From Octopus sinensis (taxonomy: Eukaryota): a stretch of DNA of 35,323 nt. A program made the translations under genes and the position numbers. Positions 1-11,377 of the stretch are shown in pieces. The stretch lies in contig NW_021829941.1 of NCBI RefSeq assembly GCF_006345805.1, positions 1-35,323 of the forward strand, written 5' to 3'. Positions within the stretch are counted from its first letter, which is position 1, and every line of letters starts with the position of its first letter. The notes under the pieces were generated by a model. It was given only the letters and a program-made list of their open reading frames with translations. It was not told the DNA's origin and searched no databases.

Positions 1-221
1 AATGTATACGAACAAAGACAGGATGCCACACTAATTAATACAAGAAACAAAAAATAGAAATAAAAAACAACAAGAATGGTAGCAGGACAAAAACAGCGGG
101 CGTCTTACGACTTTAGACAATTTTTAACTTATCTTGGCTGGCGTATTTTGAAAAATGCCTTGCGGCAAACGAAAACAAACGTTAACATGGCAGCGGTATA
201 TAGGTATTTAAAATATTTAGG

Positions 222-751
222 AATGAGCAAAGGGAGAAAATGTAGAGATTGAAATACAGACATCAGTTTATTCAAAGATATTCAAATCCACATAATGAAA
301 TTCCTGTCCTACAGTCGTTTCTATGTCCAATTGGTTCAGTTACAGAAATTAAATTAAATTAATCTAATTTGAATTTTCATATTGGTTAATTGGGTAATTT
401 ATCAGAGAAGGATTTTCCCAAAAGGGAGTTACATTTCATCGTGTTGGTTGACCAACGACAGACTCAAATGTCAGACTCAGACTCATGTGACAGACTCAGA
501 CACATCTGAGTCTGCCGTTGGTCAACCAACACGATGAAATGTAACTCCCTTTTGGGAAAATCCTTCCCTGATAAATTACCCAATTAACCAATATGAAAAT
601 TCAAATTAGATTAATTTAATTTAATTTCTGTAACTGAACCAATTGGACATAGAAACGACCGTAGGACAGGAATTTCATTATGTGGATTTGAATATCTTTG
701 AATAAACTGATGTCTGTATGTCAAATTCTCCATTTTCTCCCTTTGCTCATT
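222..751. mobile_element. Long palindromic (fold-back/MITE-like) element, ~250-bp arms around a ~30-nt spacer
   Basis: 222-470 (aatgagcaaagggagaaaatg...) is the near-perfect reverse complement of 502-751 (...cattttctccctttgctcatt); the spacer is built from cagact repeats. Confidence 0.8.
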
Positions 752-799
752 TATACAGATACTCACACGCATACTCATACGCGCGCGCACGCACGCACA

Positions 800-845
<46 letters not shown>

Positions 846-874
846 CACACCACACACACACACACACACACGTA

Positions 875-2187
875 TATACAAAATTAAGTATAAAACCACT
901 TTAATGATAGAAACCTTGTAGGTAGCAATTCCCACTAATTTATAATTATGTAATAAAATTATATGAAAGGGTGCGGATAAACCTCATCAACACGCTAGAA
1001 ATAGACGCCAAATGGCTCTAGAAACAGCATCTATACTCCGTTAGCACAGGTTGTAACCTGGTAGACAAAAGAAAAATGAATAAGATTTTTGAAAATAGAT
1101 GGTTAATTGTAGATCGATTTCTGGCTCAGTATAATATGCCAAAGTATATAGATGCAAATATTTATACATATCCATACGAACAACATATCCGCACAATTAT
1201 ATACATACATATTAATTTTACACTAGTAAAAATCTAATTTTTCTCATCTCAGCAACGTGCTTTTATTATCAAAATAATCTCGCAAAGAATGCAATTTATC
1301 AGGAGAAAAAAAAATTTTATACAAATTAAAGATAAAACCACTTTAATGAGAGAAACCTTGTAGGTAGCAATTCCCACTAATTTATAATTATGTAATAAAA
1401 TTATATGAAAGGGTGCGGATAAACCTCATCACCACGCTAGAAATACGCCAAATGGCTCTAGAAACAGCATCTATACTCCGTTAGCACAGTTTGTAACCTG
1501 GTAGACAAAAGAAAAATGAATAAGATTTTTGAAAATAGATGGTTAATTGTAGATCGATTTCTGGCTCAGTAATAATATCCAAGTATATAGATGCAAATAT
1601 TTTACATATCCATACGAACAACATATCCGCACAATTTATAACATACATATTAATTTTACACTAGTAAAAATCTAATTTTTCTCATCTCAGCAACGTGCTT
1701 TTATTATCAAAATAATCTCGCAAAGAATGCAATTTATCAGGAGAAAAAAAAATATTTTATACAAAATTAAAGATAAAACCACTTTAATGATTTTATGAAG
1801 TGGCCACCGTGAAATAAAAACCTTTTGATAATAAAAGCACCTGGTTGAGATGAGAAAAAATTCGATTTTTACTAAGTCTACATTTAAATGTATGTATATA
1901 ATCGTGCAGGTATATTCTTCGAATGGGTGTGTATAAATATTTGTACCTATATACTTTGGCATATTGTACTGAAGACGACAAGGGGTTTTATATCCCTAAG
2001 CCAGAGATCGATCTGCAATTAACCATCTTTTTTCAAAAATCTTGTTCATTTTTCATCTGCCTGCTTACAATCTGCGCTAACGGAATATAGATATGGTTTT
2101 TAGAACCATTTGGCGTCTATTTCTAGCGTGTTGGTGGAGCTTATCCTCACACTTTAATATAATTATATTATATAATTATAAATTAGT
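875..2187. mobile_element. Diverged palindromic element whose left arm is tandemly duplicated (~442-bp period)
   Basis: aaaaccactttaatga recurs at 892, 1334 and 1775. About 1820-2187 is an inverted, diverged copy of the unit, with termini actaatttataattat / ataattataaattagt. Confidence 0.75.
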
Positions 2188-2204
2188 ATATTTATATATA
2201 TACA

Positions 2205-2402
2205 CGCGTGTGTGTCTTTGTGTTTGTTCCCGTCACCGGTGTTAGTGTGTTTACACCCGTAACTTAGCAGTTCGGCAAAAGAACCGATACAATAAGTACC
2301 TGACTTAAAAAACGATCGGTACTGGAGTGGATTCGTTCAAGTAAGTTTCTGTAAGGTGGTTCCCCAACATGTTTACAATCTAATAAGTGAAACAAGTAAA
2401 AG
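2205..2402 (+). mobile_element. Diverged 3' half of SINE family A
   Basis: Similar to 4350-4545 (gtaacttagcagttcggcaaaag...gaaacaagtaaaag). Confidence 0.6.
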
Positions 2403-2469
2403 TTAAGTTGTTTATCATATTTTCAGTCTGCGGAGAACTGGCTAAGTTTACCCTGTCTATAATTAATGC

Positions 2470-2514
2470 CACACACACACACACACACACATATATATTA
2501 TATATAATATTATA

Positions 2515-2595
<81 letters not shown>
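2470..2595. repeat. (CA)n/(TA)n/(TG)n compound microsatellite
   Basis: Direct reading. Confidence 0.95.
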
Positions 2596-2597
2596 TG

Positions 2598-2842
2598 GTG
2601 CAGGAGTGGCTGTGTGTTAAGTAGCTTGCTTACCAATCACATGGTTCCGGGTTCATTCCCATGCGTGGCACCTTGGGCAAGTGTCTTCTACTATAGTCTC
2701 GGCCGACCAAGCCTTGTGAGTGGATTTGGTAGACGGAAGCTGAAAGAAGCTCGTCGTATGTATGTATGTATGTATGTATGTATGTATGTATGTATGTATG
2801 TATGTATGTATGTATGTATGTATGTATGTATGTATGTATGTA
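2598..2842 (+). mobile_element. 5' half of SINE A running into a (TATG)n array (2757-2842)
   Basis: tRNA-like head gcaggagtggctgtgtg...ccgggttcattcc, matching 4160 onward. Confidence 0.85.
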
Positions 2843-3973
2843 CCAACCTGCTCCTGGTAAGCAGTATAGTGTACCAAATATCTATGTATATGGTAAACGA
2901 CTTGATGTAGTTGATCAGTTTGTCTACCTGGGAAGCACTATTAATAGATATGGCAATGTGGATGATGAAGTTCCATAGAGAATTAGGAAAGCAAGTGTTG
3001 CTTTCGGAAGGCTAGAAAAGCGCCTCTGGAGTCGGCGAGACATGCAGAAAGACAAAGATAAAGGTGTACAAGGCATGTGTGCTCCTTCTCTTCTCTATGC
3101 CTGCGAGACGGGTCACATATCGATATCACCTTAAACAACTGGAACGTTTCCATCAGATGTGTCTCGGACGGATCTATGGCATTAAGTGGGAGGACCGCAT
3201 CAGTGATCTTGAAATATTGGAAGGCTCTCGGTGCGAAAGTATAGAAGCTCTTGTGTTAAAGCAAAGGCTCAGATGGAGTGGTCATCTTGTCAGGATGAAG
3301 GATTCAAGGATGCCAAAACAACTCTTTTATGGAGAGTTAGCTAAAGGAGAACGACCCCCACATAAACCAAAAAAGAGGTATAAGGACTTGCTGAAGGCTT
3401 CCTTAAGAGATGCTTGCATCTCTCCCGACACATGGGAGAGCATAGCTATTGATCGTAGTATGTGGAGAAGGATTGTGCACAAGGGGACAGCTACTTTTGA
3501 GAAATCTCGAGTTGCGCATGAGAAAGTATGGAGGGATGTCAGGGAGAGCATCGCTGTTACACTTCCAGATGGGAAGGGTCTTCCTATGATGCTGACATGC
3601 AGTGTCTGTTTAAGACCCTGCCTCAGTAAAGCTGGACTCAAGAGTCATCTTCGTAGTCGTAAAGCGAGACAGATGAGTGACAACCTGACTACTGGTGGTG
3701 GTGTTACACACCATACTAATCATATCTGCCAGGCACGTGGAAGAGAGTGTAATTCGGTAGGAGGACTTAAACGACATGCAAAGGTACATGAAGCCCAGTT
3801 ACAACTACAGCCGGCTATTGTCGGTAAAGGTCTTAGCTGCCAATTCTGTACAAGATATTGTAGATCTTTAGCTAGGCTAAAAAGTCACATTTGATCACAG
3901 CACCAATAACAGTTAAGCTTCGTGCAATGGCCATACTCGATAACGAGGGGGCGGCCATCATGTATGTATGTAT
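2840..3973 (+). mobile_element. 5'-truncated RTE-clade (BovB-like) LINE: RT C-terminus, C2H2-like fingers, (ATGT)n tail
   Basis: YQPAPGK...[60 protein letters not shown]; in-frame stop at 2976 and frameshifts; ends ...gcggccatc followed by atgtatgtatgt. Confidence 0.9.
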
Positions 3974-4128
3974 TTGTTATGACCGGTTAGAGAGTGACAT
4001 TTGGCTTCGCACCTATAAAGCGCTTAGCTGTATAGGCAACACATCAGACTCATTTGAGTCTGTGCCTATACAGCCAAGTGCTTTATAGGTGCGAATCCAA
4101 TGGTCACTCTCTGACCGGCCTTAACAAA
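3973..4128. mobile_element. Small palindromic element (~156 bp)
   Basis: tttgttatgaccggttagagagtgac... pairs with ...gtcactctctgaccggccttaacaaa; centre cagactcatttgagtctg. Confidence 0.75.
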
Positions 4129-4159
4129 AAAGCCTCCTAAATATACTGTTGACATAATA

Positions 4160-4555
4160 GGCGCAGGAGTGGCTGTGTGGTAAGTAGCTTGCTAACCAAC
4201 CACATGGTTCCGGGTTCAGTTCCACTGCGTGGCACCTTGGGCAAGTGTCTTCTGCTATAGCCCCGGGCCGACCAATGCCTTGTGAGTGGATTTGGTAGAC
4301 GGAAACTGAAAGAAGCCTGTCGTATATATGTATATTATATGTATGTGTTTGTCTCCCTAGCATTGCTTGACAACCGATGCTGGTGTGTTTACGTCCCCGT
4401 CACCTAGCGTTTCGGCAAAAGAGACCGATAGAATAAGTACTGGGCTTGCAAAAGAATAAGTCCCGGGGTCGAGTTGCTCGACTAAAAGGCGGTGCTCCAG
4501 CATGGCCGCAGTCAAATGACTGAAACAAGTAAAAGAGAGAAAAGAGAAAAGAGAG
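4160..4555 (+). mobile_element. Full-length tRNA-derived SINE family A with internal microsatellite
   Basis: A-box-like agtggctgtgtggtaag, B-box-like gggttcagttcc, internal (TA/TG) tract, 3' gactgaaacaagtaaaag with a (gaaaaga) tail; many copies in the window. Confidence 0.9.
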
Positions 4556-4885
4556 TATAATATTTCACAGCGCGCTTCCTTTTCCCACCTCATCCACGGT
4601 TCTGGTGTCTATCCTGCTGTATCTCATATTCATACATTTCCGTTGTCAATATAAAAACAGTTTACTCTAACTTTTGATTCTCCTCAAGCTTTCAACAAGT
4701 TTTTACCAAATTTCATCTCTACTACTAGGTGTATTTTCGTACATCTGAAGTTTGTGCAACAATGCTTTTTGGGAATGTCAAACTGTATTTTTATATATTT
4801 CTGTCAGATATATTTTGCTTCCTATTTGTTGTTATTTGAGTATTTCGTCTCTTTGTTATGCGGAATATGCGCAATATGTGCTATG

Positions 4886-4916
<31 letters not shown>

Positions 4917-5343
4917 TTGGGGTGATGTTTGTGTTTCGTGTGATTTACACAATTGTTGTTATGTGTTACGGTGTTAAGTGGTCATTGTGTTGAGTATGTG
5001 CGTATGAGTTGTGCTTTTAACGTCAGGTTGTGATTGTGCAGACACGGGGCTTTCTGAATGGCATGCCTAACTAAAAATTACAATTCTTTTATTATTTTAC
5101 TTGTTTCAGTCATTTGACTGCAGCCATGCTGGAGCATCCACTTAAAAAAAAAACTCAAATCTGGCGAGACGGATATTTTTTGATTTGTTTTCTTTTGTTT
5201 TTAATAATATGGGCCGCCTGATGACTAGCCACGTTACACGCAGCCCGCCTCTCGGAAAACGTCGCCTATGTCTGGTGGAGAGCATTTATTGTGTGGGCTG
5301 TGTATCGGATGGTGATTATGAAGAGTGCGTGATGTAATTTGTA

Positions 5344-5864
5344 CCGTAAATCTTCGACTATAGTCCGCCCTTGAGTATAATACGCAGGGTTTTTTTAGGG
5401 GACTGTACCTCTGAAAAACCTAAACCTTGTGTATAATACGCACCCCTTCTCTACTTGAGTCGTGCATAATTAAGCCAGCAGCACCTAGTCGAACAAGCAC
5501 TTCCGCGCATGCGTAATACAATAATGGTGGTGTTCTTAGCTGTTATATAGAAATGTAAATATGTTTGCAAATTGTTTTTGCTACATGTTATTCTGTGTTC
5601 TGAATACTTTTATTTTAATAAATGTTGCTTACTGCAAGTTATGAATGATTCTTTTATGACTTCATTGCTTTCAGGCTAAGCTTAAGGTATTTTCACGCCC
5701 GACATCACAAAATGCGTCTGAATAAACATTGCCAGACAGCAAATAGAGGCTCAGACATTGCTTAGAAAATATTTTTCATTTTTAACCTCGTATATTGTAC
5801 GCACTAGGGATTTTGAACTTTAAATTTTGGGAAAAAAGTGCGGATTATACTCGAGGATTTACGG
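5344..5864. mobile_element. Tc1/mariner-superfamily (pogo/Tigger-like) MITE with TA target-site duplication
   Basis: TA|ccgtaaatcttcgactatagtccgc versus gcggattatactcgaggatttacgg|TA (3 mismatches in 25). Confidence 0.85.
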
Positions 5865-5869
5865 TATTT

Positions 5870-6810
5870 TAGTGTCGGACAATGGCCGCACGGATCTAGG
5901 ACCCCAATTCAGATCTATGTATGTTGTGGCTTGTTTCCTTCTTCTTCCTATCCTTCCTATCCCAGTGTGGTCGTTGAGACACTTTTCTCGGTCATCTGCT
6001 GCTCACTGTGAGTCGGCAAAATTGGAGCCTCTCCACACTTGATGTTAACCCGGGTGGTTGGGTGCGACTTGCCCATGATACATCCTTAATGCATCACGGG
6101 TAAGTTAGTCTGGTAGGGCCAATTCCTCTCCAAGCTGTTGGTCACAACCTCATGCCTCTTTGTGTGACACGCCTTGGCCCTGAACACAAAGCTGTTGACT
6201 TGGACAGGTTCCTCCACCCAAGCCGATAACTCCTTAGGAAACCCCACCCGGAGTCTTTCGCCTACAGGTACAGTGTTAACACCTTCCCATCACTTGTTTC
6301 AGCCTGCCGGTTGAAGTGGGATACCGAAGTGTGGAGCTAGGAGATATCAGGTGAGAGAACAGGAGTTGAATGAGGACCAGAGATGCCTGTTCATCTGACC
6401 ATCCCTAGTAAGGTGCAGCCAGATGCCGAAGGTATTACCTCTATTCAAGGCGGCGAGCTGGCAGAAACGTTAGCACGCCGGGCGAAATGCTTAGCAGTAT
6501 TTCGTCAGCCGCTACATTCTGAGTTCAAATTCCGCCGAGGTCGATTTTGCCTTTCATCCTTTCGGGGTCGATTAAATAAGTACCAGTTACACACAGGGGT
6601 CGATATAATCGACTTAATCCGTTTATCTCCTTGTTTGTTCCTCTTGTGTTTAGCACCTTGTGGGTAGTAAAGAAATAGGTATTACCTCTATTCAGAGCCC
6701 TCTACACACCCTTGTGGCTTGCTATCAATAAATATCCAATGCATGGATCTTCCCGAGGGGAGGGCCTAATATGCTGCTAAGATATCCCCTGCGTCAGGTA
6801 ATGATTATAA
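5870..6810 (-). mobile_element. Possible 5' UTR and endonuclease start of an RTE-type LINE, interrupted by a SINE
   Basis: GC-richer than its flanks; the minus strand ends KETSHNIHRSELGS*IR, resembling a decayed LGSWNIRT APE start. Weak. Confidence 0.3.
6448..6676 (+). mobile_element. tRNA-derived SINE family B (tail type 1) with 18-bp TSD
   Basis: Head ggcggcgagctggcagaaacgttag, B box gagttcaaattcc; aggtattacctctattca at 6430-6447 and 6677-6694. Confidence 0.9.
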
Positions 6811-6850
6811 GGGGTATGTGTTGTATGGATTGCATTATTAGTAATGGATG

Positions 6851-7250
6851 AGGCAACGAGCTGGCAGAAACGTTAGCACGCCGGCCGAAATGCTTAGCGG
6901 TATTTCGTCTGCCGCTACGTTCTGAGTTCAAATTCCACCGAGGTCGACTTTGCCTTTCATCCTTTCGGGGTCGATTAAATAAGTACCAGTTATGCACTGG
7001 GGCCGATACAATCGACTTAATCCGTTTGTCTGTCATTGTTTGCCCTCTCTGATTTTAGCCCCTTGTGGGTAGTAAAGAAATAGGTACTTCGTCTGTCTTT
7101 ATGTTCTGAGTTCAAATTCCGCCAAGGTCAACTTTGCCTTTTATCCTTTCGGGTTCGATAAAATAAGTACTAGTTGAGAACTGGGGTCGACGTAATCGAG
7201 TATCCCCCTCCCGCCAAATTTCAGGCCTTGTGCCTGTAGTAGAAAGGATA
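6851..7250 (+). mobile_element. Dimeric SINE B (head-core-tail1-core-tail2)
   Basis: Tail1 ...gtagtaaagaaataggta joins directly to a second core, which ends aaatttcaggccttgtgcctgtagtagaaagg. Confidence 0.85.
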
Positions 7251-7526
7251 AACAGAATCGTTAGTACGCTGGGCAAAATATTAAGCAGTATTTGTTCTTG
7301 AGTTCACATTCATTTTTTTCTGATATCTGACAAGCTGACTTGCTATTGCTATGTATTGCTATGTATTGCTATTATGTATTGCTATGTATTGCTATTGCTA
7401 TGATATGCTGCTTAAGTACCCTCATTACTGTTTCAAATTATTTCACTTTCACTAAGTTTTTTTTCTTAAGAGAAGACTTACATCTTTTGTTTCCTAACTT
7501 ATCCTGTTTCCAGACTTCTATTCTAC

Positions 7527-7527
<1 letters not shown>

Positions 7528-7583
<56 letters not shown>

Positions 7584-7829
7584 TATTATTATTATTATTA
7601 TTATTATGATTACTATTATCATTATAGGGCGGTGAGTTGGCAGAAGCGTAAGCACGCGAAATGCTTAACGGTATTTCATCCGCTGCTACGTTCTGGGTTC
7701 AAATTCCGCTGAGGTCGACTTTACCTTTCCTATGTCGATAAAATAAGTACCAGTTGAACACTGGGGTCGATGTAAACGACTCATCCCTTCCCTCAAAACT
7801 GCTGCTCTTGTGGCAAAACATTATTATTA

Positions 7830-7880
<51 letters not shown>

Positions 7881-7903
7881 CATCATCATTATCATCATCA
7901 TCA
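7528..7903 (+). repeat. (ATT)n arrays flanking a SINE B copy (7627-7800)
   Basis: Direct reading. Confidence 0.9.
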
Positions 7904-8429
7904 CCACTAACAAATCTACCCATCTACGATGCAGGCATAAAATGGGTGAGGGAAGTTATAACAGCAGTATGTATTGAGAAATATGCAAATGTACTTGATA
8001 GATTACTGGGTATAATTACTGTGTAATCTTCATCATTATTGTTGGTGATACAGCATTCAATTGCAGCTATATGACATGTGTTTGCGACTAAGTGACGTGT
8101 GATGAGGATTCACTCCCGAACTGATACAGAGGCTCCCAGTTTCTGTATCATGAATGGTTATGTGGACCACTCCTAACGAAAGCCAGAGCATCCTTCGACC
8201 ACTACATAAAAAGTATTAAGAAAAAAAATGTTATTTAGATATACTTTTATTTTCGTTGTTTATACTATTTTACGCATGTTTATACTCTTATACATTCAAA
8301 GTTCACAAATTTCCTTACTTAAATTATGAATCATATTCCTTTCGATAATATCGATATGATTATAAAACTTCTTTGAAGACGAAATTTTCTGTTTGGTTGA
8401 CACTAATTTTTAAATTCCTGGAGTTCGTT

Positions 8430-8771
8430 GCTCTACTCAAAGTGACGTTATAACGAGCCGTGTGTAAACATCGCAGTGGGTAAAAATATACCTACACGAT
8501 CTAAAGTTTGGCCCTGTGCCTTGTTTGCTGTGAATGCGCGAGTTGAACCTTTGGGGGTTCAAAAAAAAACAGATTCAGACTTAGTATAAATATCCACTAA
8601 ATAATCATACTTTTTCACATTTTTTTGTTAAAAACCTTCCTGATTAACTCCTTCGTAATCCCGAAAAACATCGCGACCATTGCTCCAGCTGTCTGACCGT
8701 GAAGAAGGAATAAACAGACAGACAGACAGGAAACAGACAGACGGAGATAACGCCCGTAATAGTAAGATATA
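8430..8771 (+). mobile_element. Possible non-autonomous Helitron/HINE-like element
   Basis: aaaccttcc motif, (GACA)n near the 3' end and a taatagtaagatat terminus resemble DINE-1/Lep1-type ends; the 5' end is unclear. Confidence 0.35.
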
Positions 8772-8965
8772 GGGCGGCGAGCTGGCAGAATCGCTAGCAC
8801 GCTGGACAAAATGCTTAGCAGTATTTCGCCCGTTGCTACGTTCTAAATTCAAATTCCGCCGATTCGACTTTACCTTTCATCCTTTGGAGGTCGATAAATT
8901 ACGTACCAGTGAAACACTGAGGTCAATGTAGTCGATTAGTCCCCTCCTTCCAAATTTCAGGTCTC
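8772..8965 (+). mobile_element. SINE B (tail type 2)
   Basis: gggcggcgagctggcagaatcg...ccaaatttcagg. Confidence 0.85.
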
Positions 8966-8967
8966 GC

Positions 8968-11365
8968 TGTCTTCAACAACCGATGGTGGGTAGCTCTGAA
9001 AAGAGTGATTAAAGTTGAGGTGTTAGGGTTTAGTAAGGAAATAGTGATAGAGAAGTCTAGAGTAGGGGGATACCTAGTTAGGAAACTAGAAGAGGCGCTT
9101 AGTAAAGGCATAGCGACTGACGTGCTGGCGGTCAGATTGGCACTTGACTAATTCTTCAACGCCAAGCATGAAGGTTGTGTTGTCAGAGCTAAGGCACGTA
9201 CTCAAAAATATGAGGTAACAAAAGCCGTTCGATAGGCCCGGATGGCTGAGGCACAATGAGGAAACAAAACCACAATCCAGTCTTTGACGTTGCGGAATGC
9301 GCGCATGACAGACGAGTCCAAGCAGATGTGTGCGGAATTTTCAGTACCACTTCGCTGAACTGTACGGGGCTCATGGCGGCACGGAGACGGAGTTGGATTT
9401 CACTTCCTACCTCAACGGCTTGTCGCGGCTCTCGGCCAGGGATGCTGAGTTCTGCGAAATGCCGATTACAGCCGCAGATATTCTTGAAGCGATATCTAGC
9501 TGCACAAGGAACAGGTCTCCGGGTTTGGATGGTCTGCACTTCATGTTTTATACTCATATGCCAGACTTGTTCGGTGAGCTCTTGGTAGCCGTCTACTGTA
9601 ATTGGCAACAGAACAGGAGAATTCCCAGTTCGGTGAGCGGAGGTGTGATGATACTGTTGAGAAATGACTCGGACAAGGGGGACGCAATCGATAACTTTAA
9701 GCCTGTAACTCTGATAAACATAGATTACAAGATTTTGACCAAGGTGTTAGCGAAGAGGTTGGCGCTAGTCGTTGCCAGATTGGTCGGTGATGTGCAAACA
9801 TGCGCTATCCCAAACAGATCTATCCATGACAACCTCCACCTCACGCGATATATCATAGAGAGGATAAGTAAAAAAACGTGGCATGGGTGGGACCCTGATC
9901 AATTTGGATCAATCCAAAGCGTTCGATAGGGTCGACCGTCAATACTTGGCGGCTGTCCTGAAGGCGGCTCGTTTCGGTCCCGTTTTCAGAGGCTGGATCA
10001 CTGCAATGTTTAGCGACGTCTTCTCGATGGCCAAAGTTAATGGCCACCTTTCGAAATCGTTTAGCATCGCGCGTTCGGTTCATCAAGGATGCCACTCTCG
10101 CCCCTTCTGTACATGCTGGCTCTCGAGCCATTACTGCAGAAGCTGGATTTTTTTAGAGATATCCTGCGTGAACTAAGATGCGGCGTTTTGGTGTCGGCTT
10201 ATGCGGACGACGTCAACATAATAGTGCCGGACGTCTCGGAAATCAGGGTGATTAGCACTACACTAAAGGAATACGAAGCGGTGAAAGGAGCAAAGATTAA
10301 CCAGGAGAAGTCAGTGGGCCTGCAGCTCCGCGCCTGGAGGGGCAGGTCCATACCGACCGATACTGTTGTTAGACGCTGGACGGAAGGACCGGTTAAACTT
10401 CTCGAGGTCTGGTTTGGTCCAGATCTCCAAGTGAACAAGAACTGGGAAGAGGTCACAAACAGGGTGGCTAATCTCACCTAGAAATGGGGCGAGACAAAAC
10501 TGCCCCTGAAGAGCTGGTGGGGGTGGCAAATGCGTACATCGCATCCGTCACCTATTACCGCCTGACCGCTGTTCCTTTCCTTGCTTCGTGGTTGATTAAG
10601 ACGGAGCATTTGCTCTTCCACTTTCTGTGGAAAGGATAGGTTCCACTTGTCAGACGGTCCATTTGCATTCAGTATCTGCTGTGTGGCGGTCTGGTGATGC
10701 CGTGGCTAATGATGCATAGGTATGCGCTAAGTCCGCGACATCTCCAGCGATACTTTATCGGTGAACAGGTGTGGTTGTCGTTTGTTAAACGCGCTTCCAC
10801 GCTGTTCTTCTCTTTGACGGAGCGACAGTCCTGGATCAAGTGGAGACCGAGAGAGGGCGCTTGGCACTTAGAGTATCTCCAAGTGCTCACAACTCTCAAC
10901 CAGTCGGTCAATGCTGTCGGTGTAAGCTCCACCATGGAGTTCTATTGGGAATTATTGGAGGGCAAGAGTGGTGACGTTCTGGGGAAATCTCTGAGCGTTG
11001 CGGATGATCAATTGTCTTGTCTGTTCCGGAGAGCGTTCGGACCGGGGGGGGGGGGCTCTGCCGGTTCGAGAAAGCTCTACAGGCACGGAAGTGTGGTCAG
11101 CCAGTCCTGTCAGAGATGTGCACAGAGATGAAACCGTCTTGCACGCACTCGTATAGTGCCCGGGCATTGCTGACTTGTAGAGCTTTGTCGAACAGCTGTT
11201 GTCACGAGTGGGACAAATTCGACTATCGTCCGAGTCCATCGTGATGATCACCCCGCCCCCTTCCTTTGGCAGGGAAGGTCAGGCAGTTTTCCTCTGTCTG
11301 ATGGCTATGGCGAAAGAGGTTGTGGTGGACGCGTCTGAAAGGGTTGAAGACAAGCATTATAAACT
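8968..11365 (+). mobile_element. Tx1/L1-clade LINE ORF2 pseudogene (linker, RT, C-terminal CCHC), lacking the endonuclease
   Basis: RSPGLDG, NFKPVTLINIDYKILTKVLAKRL, LDQSKAFDRVD, SVHQGC/PLSPLLY, SAYADDV, GAKINQEKS, CQRC...ETVLHALV*CP; several frameshifts and stops. Confidence 0.9.
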
Positions 11366-11377
11366 TTATATAGAGAG

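Noticed and set aside
4160-4240. tRNA-like cloverleaf heads in SINE A, B and C copies
   Set aside because: They continue into SINE bodies and lack a proper anticodon arm or acceptor end, so they are not tRNA genes.
5205-5275. CTGATGA...GAAAACGTC hammerhead-like motif
   Set aside because: No convincing stem II, stem I is out of register by 3 nt, and there is only one copy.
6740-6810. HDV-like ribozyme at the putative RTE 5' end (ccc-tcccctc-ggg with atctt/aagat on the minus strand)
   Set aside because: No P1.1 GG and no P2 3' partner could be found, and P1 needs a 2-nt bulge.
7900-8110. Short ORFs on both strands in unique-looking sequence
   Set aside because: No recognisable motif and no convincing splice-site pair.
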